A DNA stretch of 64,000 nt from Octopus sinensis (lineage: Eukaryota): positions 14,272,464 to 14,336,463 of the forward strand of contig NC_043011.1 of NCBI RefSeq assembly GCF_006345805.1, written 5' to 3'. Below, one piece after another: positions 36,630 through 49,125 of this stretch. How positions within the stretch are numbered: position 1 is the first letter of the stretch; each line of letters begins with the position of its first letter. The notes beneath the pieces were generated by a model, which ran no database searches, was not told the DNA's origin, and saw nothing but the letters and a program-made list of their open reading frames with translations. The position numbers and the translations under genes were made by a program.

Positions 36630-37640
36630 TCTATATATAAATAATATATATATATGCATATATGCATACATATATGTACATACTTACATATATATGTATA
36701 TACAAATGCATATATGGGCACAGGACATCACAGAACGTAAACAACATGAAATACGAAATATAAAAATATGGAATACGAATTTTTTTTTTGCGAACAATGA
36801 AAGAAACAAATGGAAAACAAGACAATAAACATAAAAAAAACAACCCTTCATCAGTTGTCAGCTGTTTTTCTACTCCATATTTCGAGCAATTCATGGCAAG
36901 CTACATCTTCGACAAAACAGTTGCTCCTGCAAAGCAAATTAAATAAAATTTGGGACTTTGCGAAGGGTCAAAGTTGGTAAGGAAAACAGGACAGTGAAAA
37001 CAAACAGGAAGGGCTGCTAAGCCTAAACAAGGTGAGTAGACGAACGAGGAGGAACAAGCTCTGACAGGAGACAGACAAGAATGCTGATCAGAAGGAAAGA
37101 AGGAAAGAAGGCTGATGGTCACGTGCGAGCAATGAGAGAGCAAAGGAGTAAGAGTGAAAGAGAGAGAGGGACAGACAGAGAACGGCGAAGGGAAGAAGAA
37201 AAGAATTAGAGGAAGGATGAGAGAGAAAAACAATGAAAGGGGAGAAAGGGAGATGAAAAGAATTAGAGAAAGGAAGAGAGAGGAAATGAAAGGTGAGAGG
37301 GAAAGAGAAAAAGGAAGAGTGAATAAGTGTTGTGTCAAAATTATTAAGATAAAACTTACATGGAAATGGATGCGTGGCATTCAATCATATAATAATATAA
37401 ATAATATATATATGCATATATACATAAATATATGTACATACATAAATATATGTACATACTGTATATATATATGTATATACATATGCATATATGGGCACAG
37501 GACATCAGAGAACGTAAGCAATGGGAAATACAAAAGTAACATAAAATACAAACTTTCCTTTTTCTTTTTCGTATTTCATGTTATTTTCATATTTCATATT
37601 GTTTACTTTCTGTGACGTCCTGTGCCCATATATACATATG

Positions 37641-37706
<66 letters not shown>

Positions 37707-37790
37707 TATGTACATATATGTATGTATGTATTATTTATATCATTATATGACTGAATGCCATGCATCCATTTCCAAGTTTTATATATATAT
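36630..37790. repeat. Direct plus inverted terminal-repeat structure (PLE-like non-autonomous element)
   Basis: Unit ...ATATGGGCACAGGACATCA... at ~36630-36800 and ~37343-37550 (direct) and ~37580-37790 (inverted); another fragment ~57050-57120. Confidence 0.75.
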
Positions 37791-37805
37791 ATATATATAT
37801 ATATT

Positions 37806-37843
<38 letters not shown>

Positions 37844-38079
37844 CATACATACATACATACATACATGCATAAATATATATACACACATGCATATATGTGT
37901 GTGTGTATGCATATAGTGGGTATCCCAAAAGTCAAACTGTCCAACCCATGCCAGTATGGAGGCATTAAATAGGCATTAAATGATGATGATGATACATACA
38001 TACACACATACATACACACATACATACATACATACATACATATATACATACATACATACACACATACATACATACATAC

Positions 38080-38265
38080 ATAGTGAGAATTTACAAAAAA
38101 GACATAAGATGAAGATTGGTGTGTAGACAACAAACAGATGTATTAGTTTAACACTTGGGAAGTCAGAAAGTTTTTTATGCTTCAAGCCTATGCTCTTCGA
38201 CAGAAAGGAACACAGAAATAAACAGGGAGACAAAATAGAAAAAGGTTTAATGGCTAGCAATCTAT
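38080..38265 (-). mobile_element. Short microsatellite-associated repeat (family H), copy 1
   Basis: Reverse complement of 39090-39260 and 58630-58805. Confidence 0.75.
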
Positions 38266-38392
38266 CATGGCAATATATATAAATATATATAAGCTAAATT
38301 TAGATTCAGTAAGGTATTAAATACCACTTGCTATAATCAGAGCCATGAGGTAATGTGATGAATATTTAAGAAACAAATGTTAAAAATGTTAT

Positions 38393-38454
38393 TTTCAACT
38401 GATGATCCCAGAATATATTTCTCATATAGAGGGTGAAATCAATTCATATTGAAA
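38393..38454 (+). ncRNA. Type I hammerhead ribozyme candidate
   Basis: UUUCAA-CUGAUGA-U-CCC...GGG-U-GAAA-U-CAAUUC-AUA/UUGAAA; 6-bp stem I, complete core, 2-bp stem III. Confidence 0.62.
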
Positions 38455-38524
38455 TATACATTCCTTACTTATGTATTCCACGCAAGGTAAGCCTATCACT
38501 CTTATGTTCATTGCATTGCCTTCA

Positions 38525-38910
38525 TCACCATCATCATTTAACGTCTGCTTTCCATGCTATCATGGGTTGGACAGTTCGACCGGGGTCTGGGAAGCCAGGT
38601 GGCTGCACCAGGCTCCAGTCTGATCTGGCAGTGTTTCTACAGCTGGATGCCCTTCCTAATGCCAACCACTCCGTGAGTGTAGTGGGTGCTTTTTACGTGC
38701 CACTGGCACAGGTGCCAGGGGAGGCTGGCAACGGCCACGATCGGTTGGTGATTTTTATGTGCCACCTACACAGAAGCTAGTCAAGGCAGCGCTGGCATCG
38801 GCCACGTATAGATGGTGCTTTTTACATGCCACCGGCACAGGTGCCAGGGTAGCCTGGCAACGGCCACGAATGGTTGGCTCTTTTTACATGCCAGTCAAGG
38901 CAGCGAGTGA
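38525..38910 (-). mobile_element. RTE-type 3' UTR (family G) with about 3 internal tandem units
   Basis: (CAT)n start; repeated TTTTACRTGCCAC..CACAGG...GGCCACG units. Confidence 0.75.
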
Positions 38911-39089
38911 GTTACTGATAGTTTGGGAGTGATGGTTCCGATTATAGCAAGTGGCATTTAAATACCCTATTGAATATAAATTTAGCTTATATTTTGCTTG
39001 TAAAATTGTAAACTTACTAACCACCTTATTATCATTAATAATGGTACTAATGCTACTTTATTTAAAATTATATATATATTTCACCATGA

Positions 39090-39260
39090 TAGATTGCTAG
39101 CCACTACACATTCTTTATTTTCTCTCTTTGTTTCTTTCCGTAGAAAAGCACAGGCTCAAAATGTTAAAGACCTTTTCACTTCCCAAGTGTTATACTAATA
39201 CATCTGTTTGTTGTCTACGCCACCTGTCTTCGTCTTTTGTTTTTTATGTGAATTCTCCTG
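39090..39260 (+). mobile_element. Family H repeat, copy 2
   Basis: CTAGCCACTACACATTCTTTATTTT...CTAATACATCTGTTTGTTG. Confidence 0.75.
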
Positions 39261-39442
39261 ATATATATATATATATATATATACATACACACACTTATCT
39301 ATGCATGCATATGCACTTCTCCCTCAATCATACTTTACCTTCTCAGCACCAAGCATAAAACCACAGTTCATCACAGTTTTGCAACTTACCAGATCCTGTC
39401 AAACCATCCAGACCATGGTATCATGGAAAACAGATGTTAAAT

Positions 39443-42400
39443 GATGATGATGATGGTGGTTGTGGTGGTTGTGGTGGTGGTGCTGGTGCTGGTGATGGTG
39501 GTGATGGTGGTGGTGGTGGTTGGTGCTGGTGCTGGTGCTGGTGCTGGTGATGGTGGTGATGGTGGTGGTGGTTGGTGCTGGTGCTGGTGCTGGTGATGGT
39601 GGTGATGGTGGTGCTGGTGCTGGTGCTGGTGCTGGTGATGGTGGTGATGGTGGTGGTGGTGTTGGTGCTGGTGCTGGTGATGGTGGTGATGGTGGTGCTG
39701 GTGCTGGTGCTGGTGCTGGTGCTGGTGATGGTGGTGGTGGTGGTTGGTGCTGGTGCTGGTGATGGTGGTGATGGTGGTGGTGCTGGTTGGTGCTGGTGCT
39801 GGTGCTGGTGATGGTGGTGGTGGTGGTTGGTGCTGGTGCTGGTGCTGGTGATGGTGGTGGTGATGGTGGTGCTGGTGCTGGTGCTGGTGATGGTGGTGAT
39901 GGTGGTGCTGGTGCTGGTGCTGGTGCTGGTGCTGGTGATGGTGGTGGTGGTGGTTGGTGCTGGTGCTGGTGATGGTGGTGATGGTGGTGGTGCTGGTTGG
40001 TGCTGGTGCTGGTGCTGGTGATGGTGGTGGTGGTGGTTGGTGCTGGTGCTGGTGCTGGTGATGGTGGTGATGGTGGTGGTGCTGGTGCTGGTGCTGGTGA
40101 TGGTGGTGATGGTGGTGGTGCTGGTGCTGGTGCTGGTGATGGTGGTGGTGGTGGTTGGTGCTGGTGCTGGTGCTGGTGATGGTGGTGCTGGTGCTGGTGC
40201 TGGTGCTGGTGATGGTGGTGATGGTGGTGGTGATGGTGGTATGGTGGTGGTGGTGGTTGGTGCTGGTGCTGGTGCTGGTGCTGGTGATGGTGGTGGTGAT
40301 GGTGATGGTGGTGGTGATGGTGATGGTGGTGATGGTGGTGGTGATGGTGGTGGTGGTGGTTGGTGCTGTGCTGGTGCTGGTGCTGGTGATGGTGGTGGTG
40401 ATGGTGATGGTGGTGATGGTGTGGTGATGGTGGTGGTGGTGTGGTGGTGTTGTGGCTGGTGCTGGTGCTGGTGCTGGTGATGGTGGTGGTGCTGGTGATG
40501 GTGGTGATGGTGGTGGTGATGGTGGTGGTGCTGGTTGGTGCTGGTGATGGTGGTGATGGGTGGTGGTGGTTGGTGCTGGTGCTGGTGCTGGTGCTGGTGA
40601 GGTGGTGATGGTGGTGGTGGTGGTGGTGATGGTGGTGGTGGTGGTGTGCTGGGTGCTGGTGATGGTGGTGATGGTGGTGGTGGTGGTTGGTGGCTGGTGC
40701 TGGTGATGGTGGTGATGGTGGTGGTGGTGGTTGTGCTGGTGCTGGTGATGGTGATGGTGGTGATGGTGGTGGTGTGGTTGGTGCTGGTGCTGGTGCTGGT
40801 GATGTGGTGGTGTGTTGTGGCTGGTGCTGGTGCTGGTGGTGGGGTGGTGGTGGTTGGTGCTGGTGCTGGTGCTGGTGATGGTGGTGGTGGTGTTGGTGCT
40901 GGTGCTGGTGCTGGTGCTGGTGATGGTGGTGATGGTGGGGTGATGGTGGTGATGGTGGTGGTGGTGGTTGGTGCTGGTGCTGGTGCTGGTGATGGTGGTG
41001 GTGGTGGTTGGTGCTGGTGCTGGTGCTGGTGATGGTGGTGGTGTGGTTGGTGCTGGTGCTGGTGATGGTGGTGATGGTGGTGGTGGTGGTTGGTGCTGGT
41101 GCTGGTGATGGTGATGGTGGTGATGGTGGTGGTGGTGGTTGGTGCTGGTGCTGGTGCTGGTGATGGTGGTGGTGGTGGTTGGTTGCTGTGCTGGTGCTGG
41201 TGATGGTGGTGGTGGTGGTTGGTGCTGGTGCTGGTGATGGTGGTGATGGTGGTGGTGGTGGTTGGTGCTGGTGCTGGTGATGGTGATGGTGTGGTGGATG
41301 GTGGTGTGTTGGTTGGTGCTGGTGCTGGTGCTGGTGATGGTGGTGATGGTGGTGGTGCTGGTGGTGATGGTGGTGGTGGTGGTTGTGCTGGTGCTGGTGC
41401 TGGTGCTGGTGATGGTGGTGATGGTGTGTGGTGGTTGGTGCTGGTGCTGGTGCTGGTGATGGTGGTTGGTGGTGGTTGGTGCTGGTGCTGGTGATGGTGG
41501 TGATGGTGGTGGTGTGGTTGGTGCTGGTGCTGGTGATGGTGATGGTGGTGATGTGGTGGTGGTGGTTGGTGCTGGTGCTGGTGCTGGTGATGGTGGTGGT
41601 GGCGGTTGGTGCTGGTGCTGGTGCTGGTGATGGTGGTGGTGTGGTGCTGGTGCTGGTGCTGTGCTGGGCTGGTGCTGGTGATGGTGGTGATGGTGGTGGT
41701 GGTTGTTGGTGCTGGTTCTGGTGCTGGTGATGGTGGTGATGGTGGTGGTGCTGGTGGTGATGGTGGGGTGTTGGTTGGTGCTGGTGCTGGTGCTGGGCTG
41801 GTGATGGTGGTGATGGTGGTGGTGGTGGTTGGTGCTGGTGCTGGTGGCTGGTGATGGTGTTGGTGGTGGGTGGTGCTGGTGCTGGTGATGGTGGTGATGG
41901 TGGTGGTGGTGGTTGGTGCTGGTGCTGGTGATGGTGATGGTGGTGATGGGGTGGTGGTGGTTGGTGCTGGTGCGGGTGCTGGGATGGTGGTGGTGGTGGT
42001 TGGTGCTGGTGCTGGTGCTTGGTGATGGTGGTGATGGTGGTGCTGGTGGTTGGTGCTGGTTCTGGTGCTGGTGCTGGTGCTGGTGCTGGTGCTGGTGATG
42101 GTGGTGATGGTGGTGGTGATGTGTGATGGTGGTGGTGGTGGTTGGTGCTGGTGGTGCTGGTGCTGTGCTGGTGATGGTGGTGCTGGTGCTGGTGATGGTG
42201 GTGATGGTGGTGGTGTGGTTGGTGCTGGTGCTGGTGCTGGTGCTGGTGATGGTGGTGCTGGTGCTGGTGCTGGTGCTGGTGATGGTGGTGATGGTGGTGG
42301 TGATGGTGGTGATGGTGGTGGTGGTGGTTGGTGCTGGTGCTGGTGCTGGTGCTGGTGATGGTGGTGCTGGTGCTGGTGCTGGTGCTGGTGATGGTGGTGA

Positions 42401-45400
42401 TGGTGGTGGTGATGGTGGTGATGGTGGTGGTGGTGGTGCTGGTGCTGGTGATGGTGCTGGTGATGGTGGTGATGGTGGTGGTGATGGTGGTGATGGTGGT
42501 GGTGCTGGTGCTGGTGCTGGTGCTGGTGCTGTGCTGGTGATGGTGGTGATGGTGGTGGTGATGGTGGTGATGGTGGTGGTGGTGGTTGGTGCTGGTGCTG
42601 GTGCTGGTGCTGGTGATGGTGGTGATGGTGGTGGTGGTGGTTGGTGCTGGTGCTGGTGCTGGTGATGGTGGTGGTGGTGGTGCTGGTGCTGGTGATGGTG
42701 ATGGTGGTGATGGTGGTGGTGGTGGTTGGTGCTGGTGCTGGTGCTGGTGATGGTGGTGGTGGTGGTTGGTGCTGGTGCTGGTGCTGGTGATGGTGGTGGT
42801 GGTGGTTGGTGCTGGTGCTGGTGCTGGTGATGGTGGTGATGGTGGTGGTGATGGTGGTGATGGTGGTGGTGGTGGTTGGTGCTGGTGCTGGTGCTGGTGC
42901 TGGTGCTGGTGCTGGTGCTGGTGATGGGGTGATGGTGGTGGTGATGGTGGTGATGGTGGTGGTGGTGGTTGGTGCTGGTGCTGCTGCTGGTGCTGGTGAT
43001 GGTGTGCTGGTGCTGGTGATGGTGGTGATGGTGGTGTGGTGGTGTGTTGGTGCTGGTGTGCTGGTGCTGGTGATGGTGGTGGGTGTGGTTGGTGCTGGTG
43101 CTGGTGCTGGTGGTGGTGGTGGTTGGTGCTGGTGCTGGTGCTGGTGATGGTGGTGGTGGTGGTTGGTGCTGTGCTGGTGCTGGTGGTGGTGGTGGTTGGT
43201 GCTGGTGCTGGTGCTGGTGCTGGTGATGGTGGTGATGGTGGTGGTGAGATGTGGTGATGGTGGTGGTGATGGTGGTGCTGGTGCTGGTGCTGGTGATGGT
43301 GGTGATGGTGGTGCTGGTGCTGGTGCTGGTGCTGGTGATGGTTGGTGATGGTGGTGGTGATGGTGGTGATGGTGGTGGTGGTGGTTGGTGCTGGTGCTGG
43401 TGCTGGTGCTGGTGCTGGTGCTGGTGCTGGTGATGGTGGTGATGGTGGTGGTGATGGTGGTGATGGTGGTGGTGGTGGTTGGTGCTGGTGCTGGTGCTGG
43501 TGCTGGTGATGGTGGTGCTGGTGCTGGTGATGGTGGTGATGGTGGTGGTGGTGGTTGGTGCTGGTGCTGGTGCTGGTGCTGGTGATGGTGGTGGTGGTGG
43601 TTGGTGCTGGTGCTGGTGCTGGTGATGGTGGTGGTGGTGGTTGGTGCTGGTGCTGGTGCTGGTGATGGTGGTGGTGGTGGTTGGTGCTGGTGCTGGTGAT
43701 GGTGATGGTGGTGGTGGTGGTTGGTGCTGGTGCTGGTGATGGTGATGGTGGTGATGGTGGTGGTGGTGGTTGGTGCTGGTGCTGGTGCTGGTGATGGGGG
43801 TGGTGGTGGTTTGTGTGGTGCTGGTGCTGGTGATGGTGGTGTGGTGGTGGTTGGTGCTGGTGCTGGTGCTGGTGATGGTGGTGGTGGTGGTTGGTGCTGT
43901 GCTGGTGCTGGTGATGGTGGTGGTGATGTGGGGCTGGTGCTGGTGCTGGTGCTGGTGATGGTGGTGATGGGGGTGGTGCTGGTTGGTGGCTGGTGATGGT
44001 GGTGATGGTGGTGGTGGTGGTTGGTGGCTGGTGATGGTGGTGATGGTGGTGTGGTGGTGGTTGGTGCTGGTGATGGTGGTGGTGATGGTGGGATGGTGGT
44101 TGGTGCTGGTGCTGGTGCTGGTGCTGGTGCTGGTGCTGGTGATGGTGGTGATGGTGGGTGGTGGTGGTTGGTGCTGGTGATGGTGGTGATGGTGGTGGTG
44201 TGGTTGGTGCTGGTGCTGGTGCTGGTGCTGGTGCTGGTGCTGGTGCTGGTGATGGTGGTGATGGTGGTGGTGATGGTGGTGATGGTGGTGGTGGTGGTTG
44301 GTGCTGGTGCTGGTGCTGGTGCTGGTGATGGTGGTGCTGGTGCTGGTGCTGGTGCTGGTGATGGTGGTGCTGGTGCTGGTGATGGTGGTGATGGTGGTGG
44401 TGGTGGTTGGTGCTGGTGCTGGTGCTGGTGCTGGTGATGGTGGTGATGGTGGTGGTGGTGGTTGGTGCTGGTGCTGGTGCTGGTGATGGTGGTGATGGTG
44501 GTGCTGGTGCTGGTGCTGGTGCTGGTGATGGTGGTGATGGTGGTGGTGCTGGTTGGTGCTGGTGATGGTGGTGATGGTGGTGGTGGTGGTTGGTGCTGGT
44601 GCTGGTGCTTGGTGATGGTGGTGGTGGTGGTTGGTGTGGTGCTGGTGCTGGTGATGGTGGTGATGGTGGTGCTGGTGCGGTGCTGGTGCTGTGATGGTGG
44701 TGATGGTGGTGTGCTGGTTTGTGCTGGTGATGTGGTGATGGTGGTGGTGGTGGTTGGTGCTGGTGCTGGTGCTGGTGCTGGTGATGGTGGTGATGGTGGT
44801 GGGTGGCTGGTGGTGATGGTGGTGGTGGTTGGTGCTGGTGCTGGTGCTGGTGCTGGGATGGTGGTGATGGTGGTGCTGGTGCTGGTGCTGGTGCTGGTGA
44901 TGGTGGTGATGGTGGTGGTGGTGGTTGGTGCTGGCTGGTGCTGGTGCTGGTGCTGGTGATGGTGGTGATGGTGGTGCTGGTGCTGGTGGCTGGTGGTGTG
45001 GTGCTGGTGCTGGTGCTGGTGCTGGTGGTGATGGTGGTGGTGCTGGTTGGTGCTGGTGATGGTGGTGATGGTGCTGGTGCTGGTGAGGTGTGATGTGGTG
45101 GTGCTGGTGTGGCTGGTGGTGCTGGTGCTGGTGGTGGTGATGGTGTGGTGGTGGTGGTGGTGGTGGTGTGGCTGGTGGTGCTGGTGCTGGTGCTGGTGAT
45201 GGTGGTGATGGTGGTGGTGCTGGTGGTGCTGGTGGTGCTGGTGCTGGTGGTGGTGATGGTGGTGATGGTGGTGGTGCTGGTGGTGCTGGTGGTGCTGGTG
45301 CTGGTGCTGGTGGTGATGGTGGTGGTGCTGGTGGTGATGGTGGTGATGGTGCTGGTGATGGTGGTGATGGTGGTGGTGGTGGTTGGTGCTGGTGCTGGTG

Positions 45401-45462
45401 CTGGTGGTGGTGATGGTGGTGATGGTGGTGGTGGTGGTGGTGATGATGATGATGATGATGAT
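39443..45462. repeat. ~6-kb GGT/GCT/GAT cryptic-trinucleotide satellite, ~40-bp basic unit
   Basis: Exact unit TTGGTGCTGGTGCTGGTGCTGGTGATGGTGGTGGTGGTGG at 43601-43640 and 43641-43680; starts and ends in (GAT)n. Confidence 0.95.
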
Positions 45463-45913
45463 TCCCAACAATTTGCTTCTAGGTTCAGTTCCAATGCGTG
45501 GCACCTTGGGCAAGTATCTTCTATTATAGCCCTGAGCCAACAAAGCCTTGTCAGTCGATTTGGTAGACAGAAACTGAAAGAATCCCGTTGTATATATACG
45601 TGTGTGTGTGTGTGTGTGTGTGTGTTGTGTGTATTTTTACAGATCTAGTGATACAGGAATATCAAGATCCAAAACAGAGTATAAAACTAGTGTCCAGAAG
45701 AAAAAAAAAATGTAAAATAAAAGATAAAAATATCTCCCAATTATTAGTAAAAGTAATAACAAACAACAGACAGGAAAAGAGAGACAAAGACAAACAAAAT
45801 GAGCTCAAAAATCAAATACACCTAAAATACGAGATCGATGCCTGCTAAACCAAAATCAAAAGAATCCATTGTCATTAAAAGTGATAATGACTTTTTTCTT
45901 AACAAACAAATAA

Positions 45914-46328
45914 GGATCTTTTTGGTTTGAACGGCAGTTTTTTCTAGCGGTGTCATATGAAATTGTCACCCATAATTATGACCCTAGTATCGATCTATTG
46001 CATTTCAATCTGTTTTGGGGTTAGGGTTAGGGGTGGGGGGAAGGTATCCTTTTTTCTTCACAAATGTAAATAAACCCAATCTGTTTCTTAAACGAGGGAC
46101 ATATTTATACGGCACAGAATGTTGTTTACCTCAATGGACGTCAGTGATTGGTTGAAATTGCAGAAATTGAAGAAAAAAACAACAAATATCTTACAAACTA
46201 TAGAATTTTCTCAATAAAGCCAAGAGAAATAGATGTTTTATAAACACATTCTACTAGTATACGAAGTTAAAAATTTTTTAGTTACTTAGAAATTATGTTA
46301 AAAACTGCCGTTCAAACCAAAAAGATCT
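45914..46328. mobile_element. GGATC MITE, copy 3
   Basis: TSD ACAAATAA at 45906-45913 and 46329-46336; same body as 15459-15872. Confidence 0.9.
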
Positions 46329-46881
46329 ACAAATAATTCAAATAATGATTTTATGAAGGACAAGGTAAAAATAAAATAGATATCTGTCAGTAAGAGATGA
46401 ACTTTGCTGTAGAGTGTGGATTGTGAAACAAACGTAGCACTTGATCAACTGTGGGAGGATGTATCAACTCAAGAAGTAGCTCAGAAATTAAAACAAAAAC
46501 AAAGAACTTGAACTAGACAGTACCAGGAAATTATAATGCCCCAACTTCAAATGAAATATTTAACAGACACATAATGTGCTGCTAAAAATATTTAATGACC
46601 GACTGAAAGTGCCGGAAAAAAAAGCACCTGAATAGCTTATAGTTATTTTTGTAGAAAAAGTGATAGTTCCAATATTTTTGTGAGGAGTGAAGTACCCACC
46701 ATTTCTGGTCATTGCCCACTGTCTGAGAGGAGGTGAGAGAGAGACAAATACAGAGTCAGATAGACAGAATGGAGAGAGCATGGTGTGATGTAAGAGTGTC
46801 ACAAGTCAGGAGTATGAGGTGAAAATCAAAGAAAATTGGAACAAGGGAAGGAAAGACAGGAGCCAATGCCTCGGACCAGGT

Positions 46882-47184
46882 TCCTATTGTTCCTATTTCG
46901 AGCCATGCCTGGCTCATAAGGGCCGGTTTCCTGGTTTCCTTAGCATATAGGTTCCCCACCTGGACGGGATGCCGGTCAATTGCAGGTGAGCTGCAAGATG
47001 CAGGAGGAAAGAGTGAGAGAAAGTTGTGGCGAAAGAGTCAGCAGAGGTTCGCCATTACCTTCTGCCAGAGCCGCGTGGAGCTTAGGTGTTTCACTCATAA
47101 ACACACACATTGCCCGGTCTGAGATTTGAACCCGCAATCCCTCGACCGCAAGTCTGCTGCTCTAACCACTAGGCCATGTGCCTC
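46882..47184 (-). mobile_element. SINE family E
   Basis: 13-bp TSD CCTCGGACCAGGT at 46869-46881 and 47185-47197. Confidence 0.88.
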
Positions 47185-47509
47185 CCTCGGACCAGGTAGG
47201 AGGAAGTGAAGAAGTAAAAGGAATGAAGTGGGGCAAAGGGCATGTACATCAGAAGGATACTAAAAACATTGAAGTAGAATGAGGGAGAAAATGAGAAAGG
47301 AGTGGATATGTGTGGTGCAAAGTGAACAAAAGAGAAGGGAGTTATGAATTGGAAAAAGAAAGTAAAGAGAGTTAAAGCTATAAGTGAGGTCCAGTTGGAG
47401 TTAATATGAAATTAAGGGTAAAAATGGTTAGGTATTAACTAATGGTATCGACCACACATTCATAGGTAATACACACATGCACACACACACACACACATGC
47501 ACACACACA

Positions 47510-47547
<38 letters not shown>

Positions 47548-47668
47548 TGATGGCTGCAAATTCATGTTCAAATATTGCCATCGCCTGATCAAAAGTCCCA
47601 CACATGGGAAGGCTAATCTCAATAATTACATATACATAAATACATACATGTATGTTTGTGTACATATA

Positions 47669-48072
47669 TACTCTTTACTCTTTTACTTGTTTCAGTCATT
47701 TGACTGTGACCATGCTGGAGCACCGCCTTTTAGTTGAGCAAATCGACCCCGGGACTTATTTTTTGTAAGCCCAGTACTTATTCTATCGGTCTCTTTTGCC
47801 AAACTGCTAAGTGATGAGGACGTAAACACACCAGCATCAGTTGTCAAGCAATGCTAGGGGGACAAACACAGACACACAAACACACACATACATATATATA
47901 TATATACATATATACGACAGGCTTCTTTCAGTTTCCGTCTACCAAATCCACTCACATGGCATTGGTCGGCCCGAGGCTATAGTAGAAGACACTAGCCCAA
48001 AGTGCCACGCAGTGGGACTGAACCCGGAACCATGTGGTTGGTTAGCAAGCTACTTACCACACAGCCACTCCC
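47669..48072 (-). mobile_element. SINE family B
   Basis: Full match to family B. Confidence 0.88.
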
Positions 48073-48631
48073 ATATATATATGTATATAGATGGTTTATT
48101 TTTTCGTTTTATTGAAGTTTGTGGTGTTGGTGGTGGTGGTGGTGGTGGTGGTGGTGGTGGTGGTGGTGGTGATGGTATTGGTAGTGCTAATGGTTGTAGT
48201 GGTGTTGGGAATGGTGGTGGAGGTCATGCTTGTGTCATTTTAAAATATATCTTGCTTGTTACTGCTGATGCTTCAGCTGTTGTTGTTGTTGTTGTTGTTG
48301 TTGTTGCGGTTCTCTTTGTTGCTGTCTGTGCTTTGTTTTTTGACCACATCAACTAATGGTAGAAAACAATGGTAGGAAAACAACAGTCATTACTTCCCTC
48401 AATTTGGGAAGCCATACTGATATTTTTGTTTTAAAATATTAAATTTGCAGTTTTAAATCTCAAAATTTGCCCTTAAAGGGCAAATTTCTCACCACGCCAG
48501 CTGGTCCTGCTTGCAGCAAGCTAGATTATCTAATTAACAATTCAACAGAACTTGGAATACCAGTTAATAAAAAAGCAAATTTTAAAAAAAACTTTCAAAC
48601 CATGAACATGTGTCTGCTTGCTCTAGACACA

Positions 48632-48663
<32 letters not shown>

Positions 48664-48694
48664 TAATGATAATAATAATGATAATAATAATAAG

Positions 48695-48855
48695 GTTTTT
48701 TAGGCATTCACTAGTACAACACTAAGTACAAAACCAAATATATGGCACCCTAGGCATAACACCAACATGAACTTCCAACTTGTTGTCTCTTGAGGTCTCT
48801 GGGTGAGACTTGGAGCCAGCTTGTGCAAATGTAAAGCAAAAGTCAAACATAGAAT
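48695..48855 (+). mobile_element. Very short Dong-like LINE 3' end between (AAT)n tracts
   Basis: ~160-bp non-repetitive segment ...GAGGTCTCTGGGTGAGAC...CAAACATAG flanked by (AAT)n at 48632-48692 and 48852-48935; family assignment by recognition. Confidence 0.45.
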
Positions 48856-48877
48856 AATAATAATAATAATAATAATA

Positions 48878-48908
<31 letters not shown>

Positions 48909-48934
48909 TAATAATAATAACAATAATAATAATA

Positions 48935-49125
48935 ATTTATCTATTTCTTTATTGCCCACAAGGAGCTAAATGTAGAGGGGACAAACAAGGACGAACAAAG
49001 GGATTAAGTTGATTATATCGACCCCAGTGCGTAACTGGTACTTATTTAATCGACCCCGAAAGGATGAAAGGCAAAGTCGACCTCGGCGGAATTTGAACTC
49101 AGAACGTTGCAGCAGACGAAATACC
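48935..49125 (-). mobile_element. SINE family A, partial
   Basis: Reverse complement of 35540-35735. Confidence 0.85.

Noticed and set aside
39399-45543. 2031-aa and 2040-aa His/Pro/Thr-rich ORFs as a mucin- or beak-like structural protein gene
   Set aside because: The minus strand is made of ACC/AGC/ATC triplets, so stops are compositionally near-impossible. Two frames are open at once and the 40-bp unit shifts frame every copy. The start codons lie in a SINE fragment and the ends in a retroelement tail.
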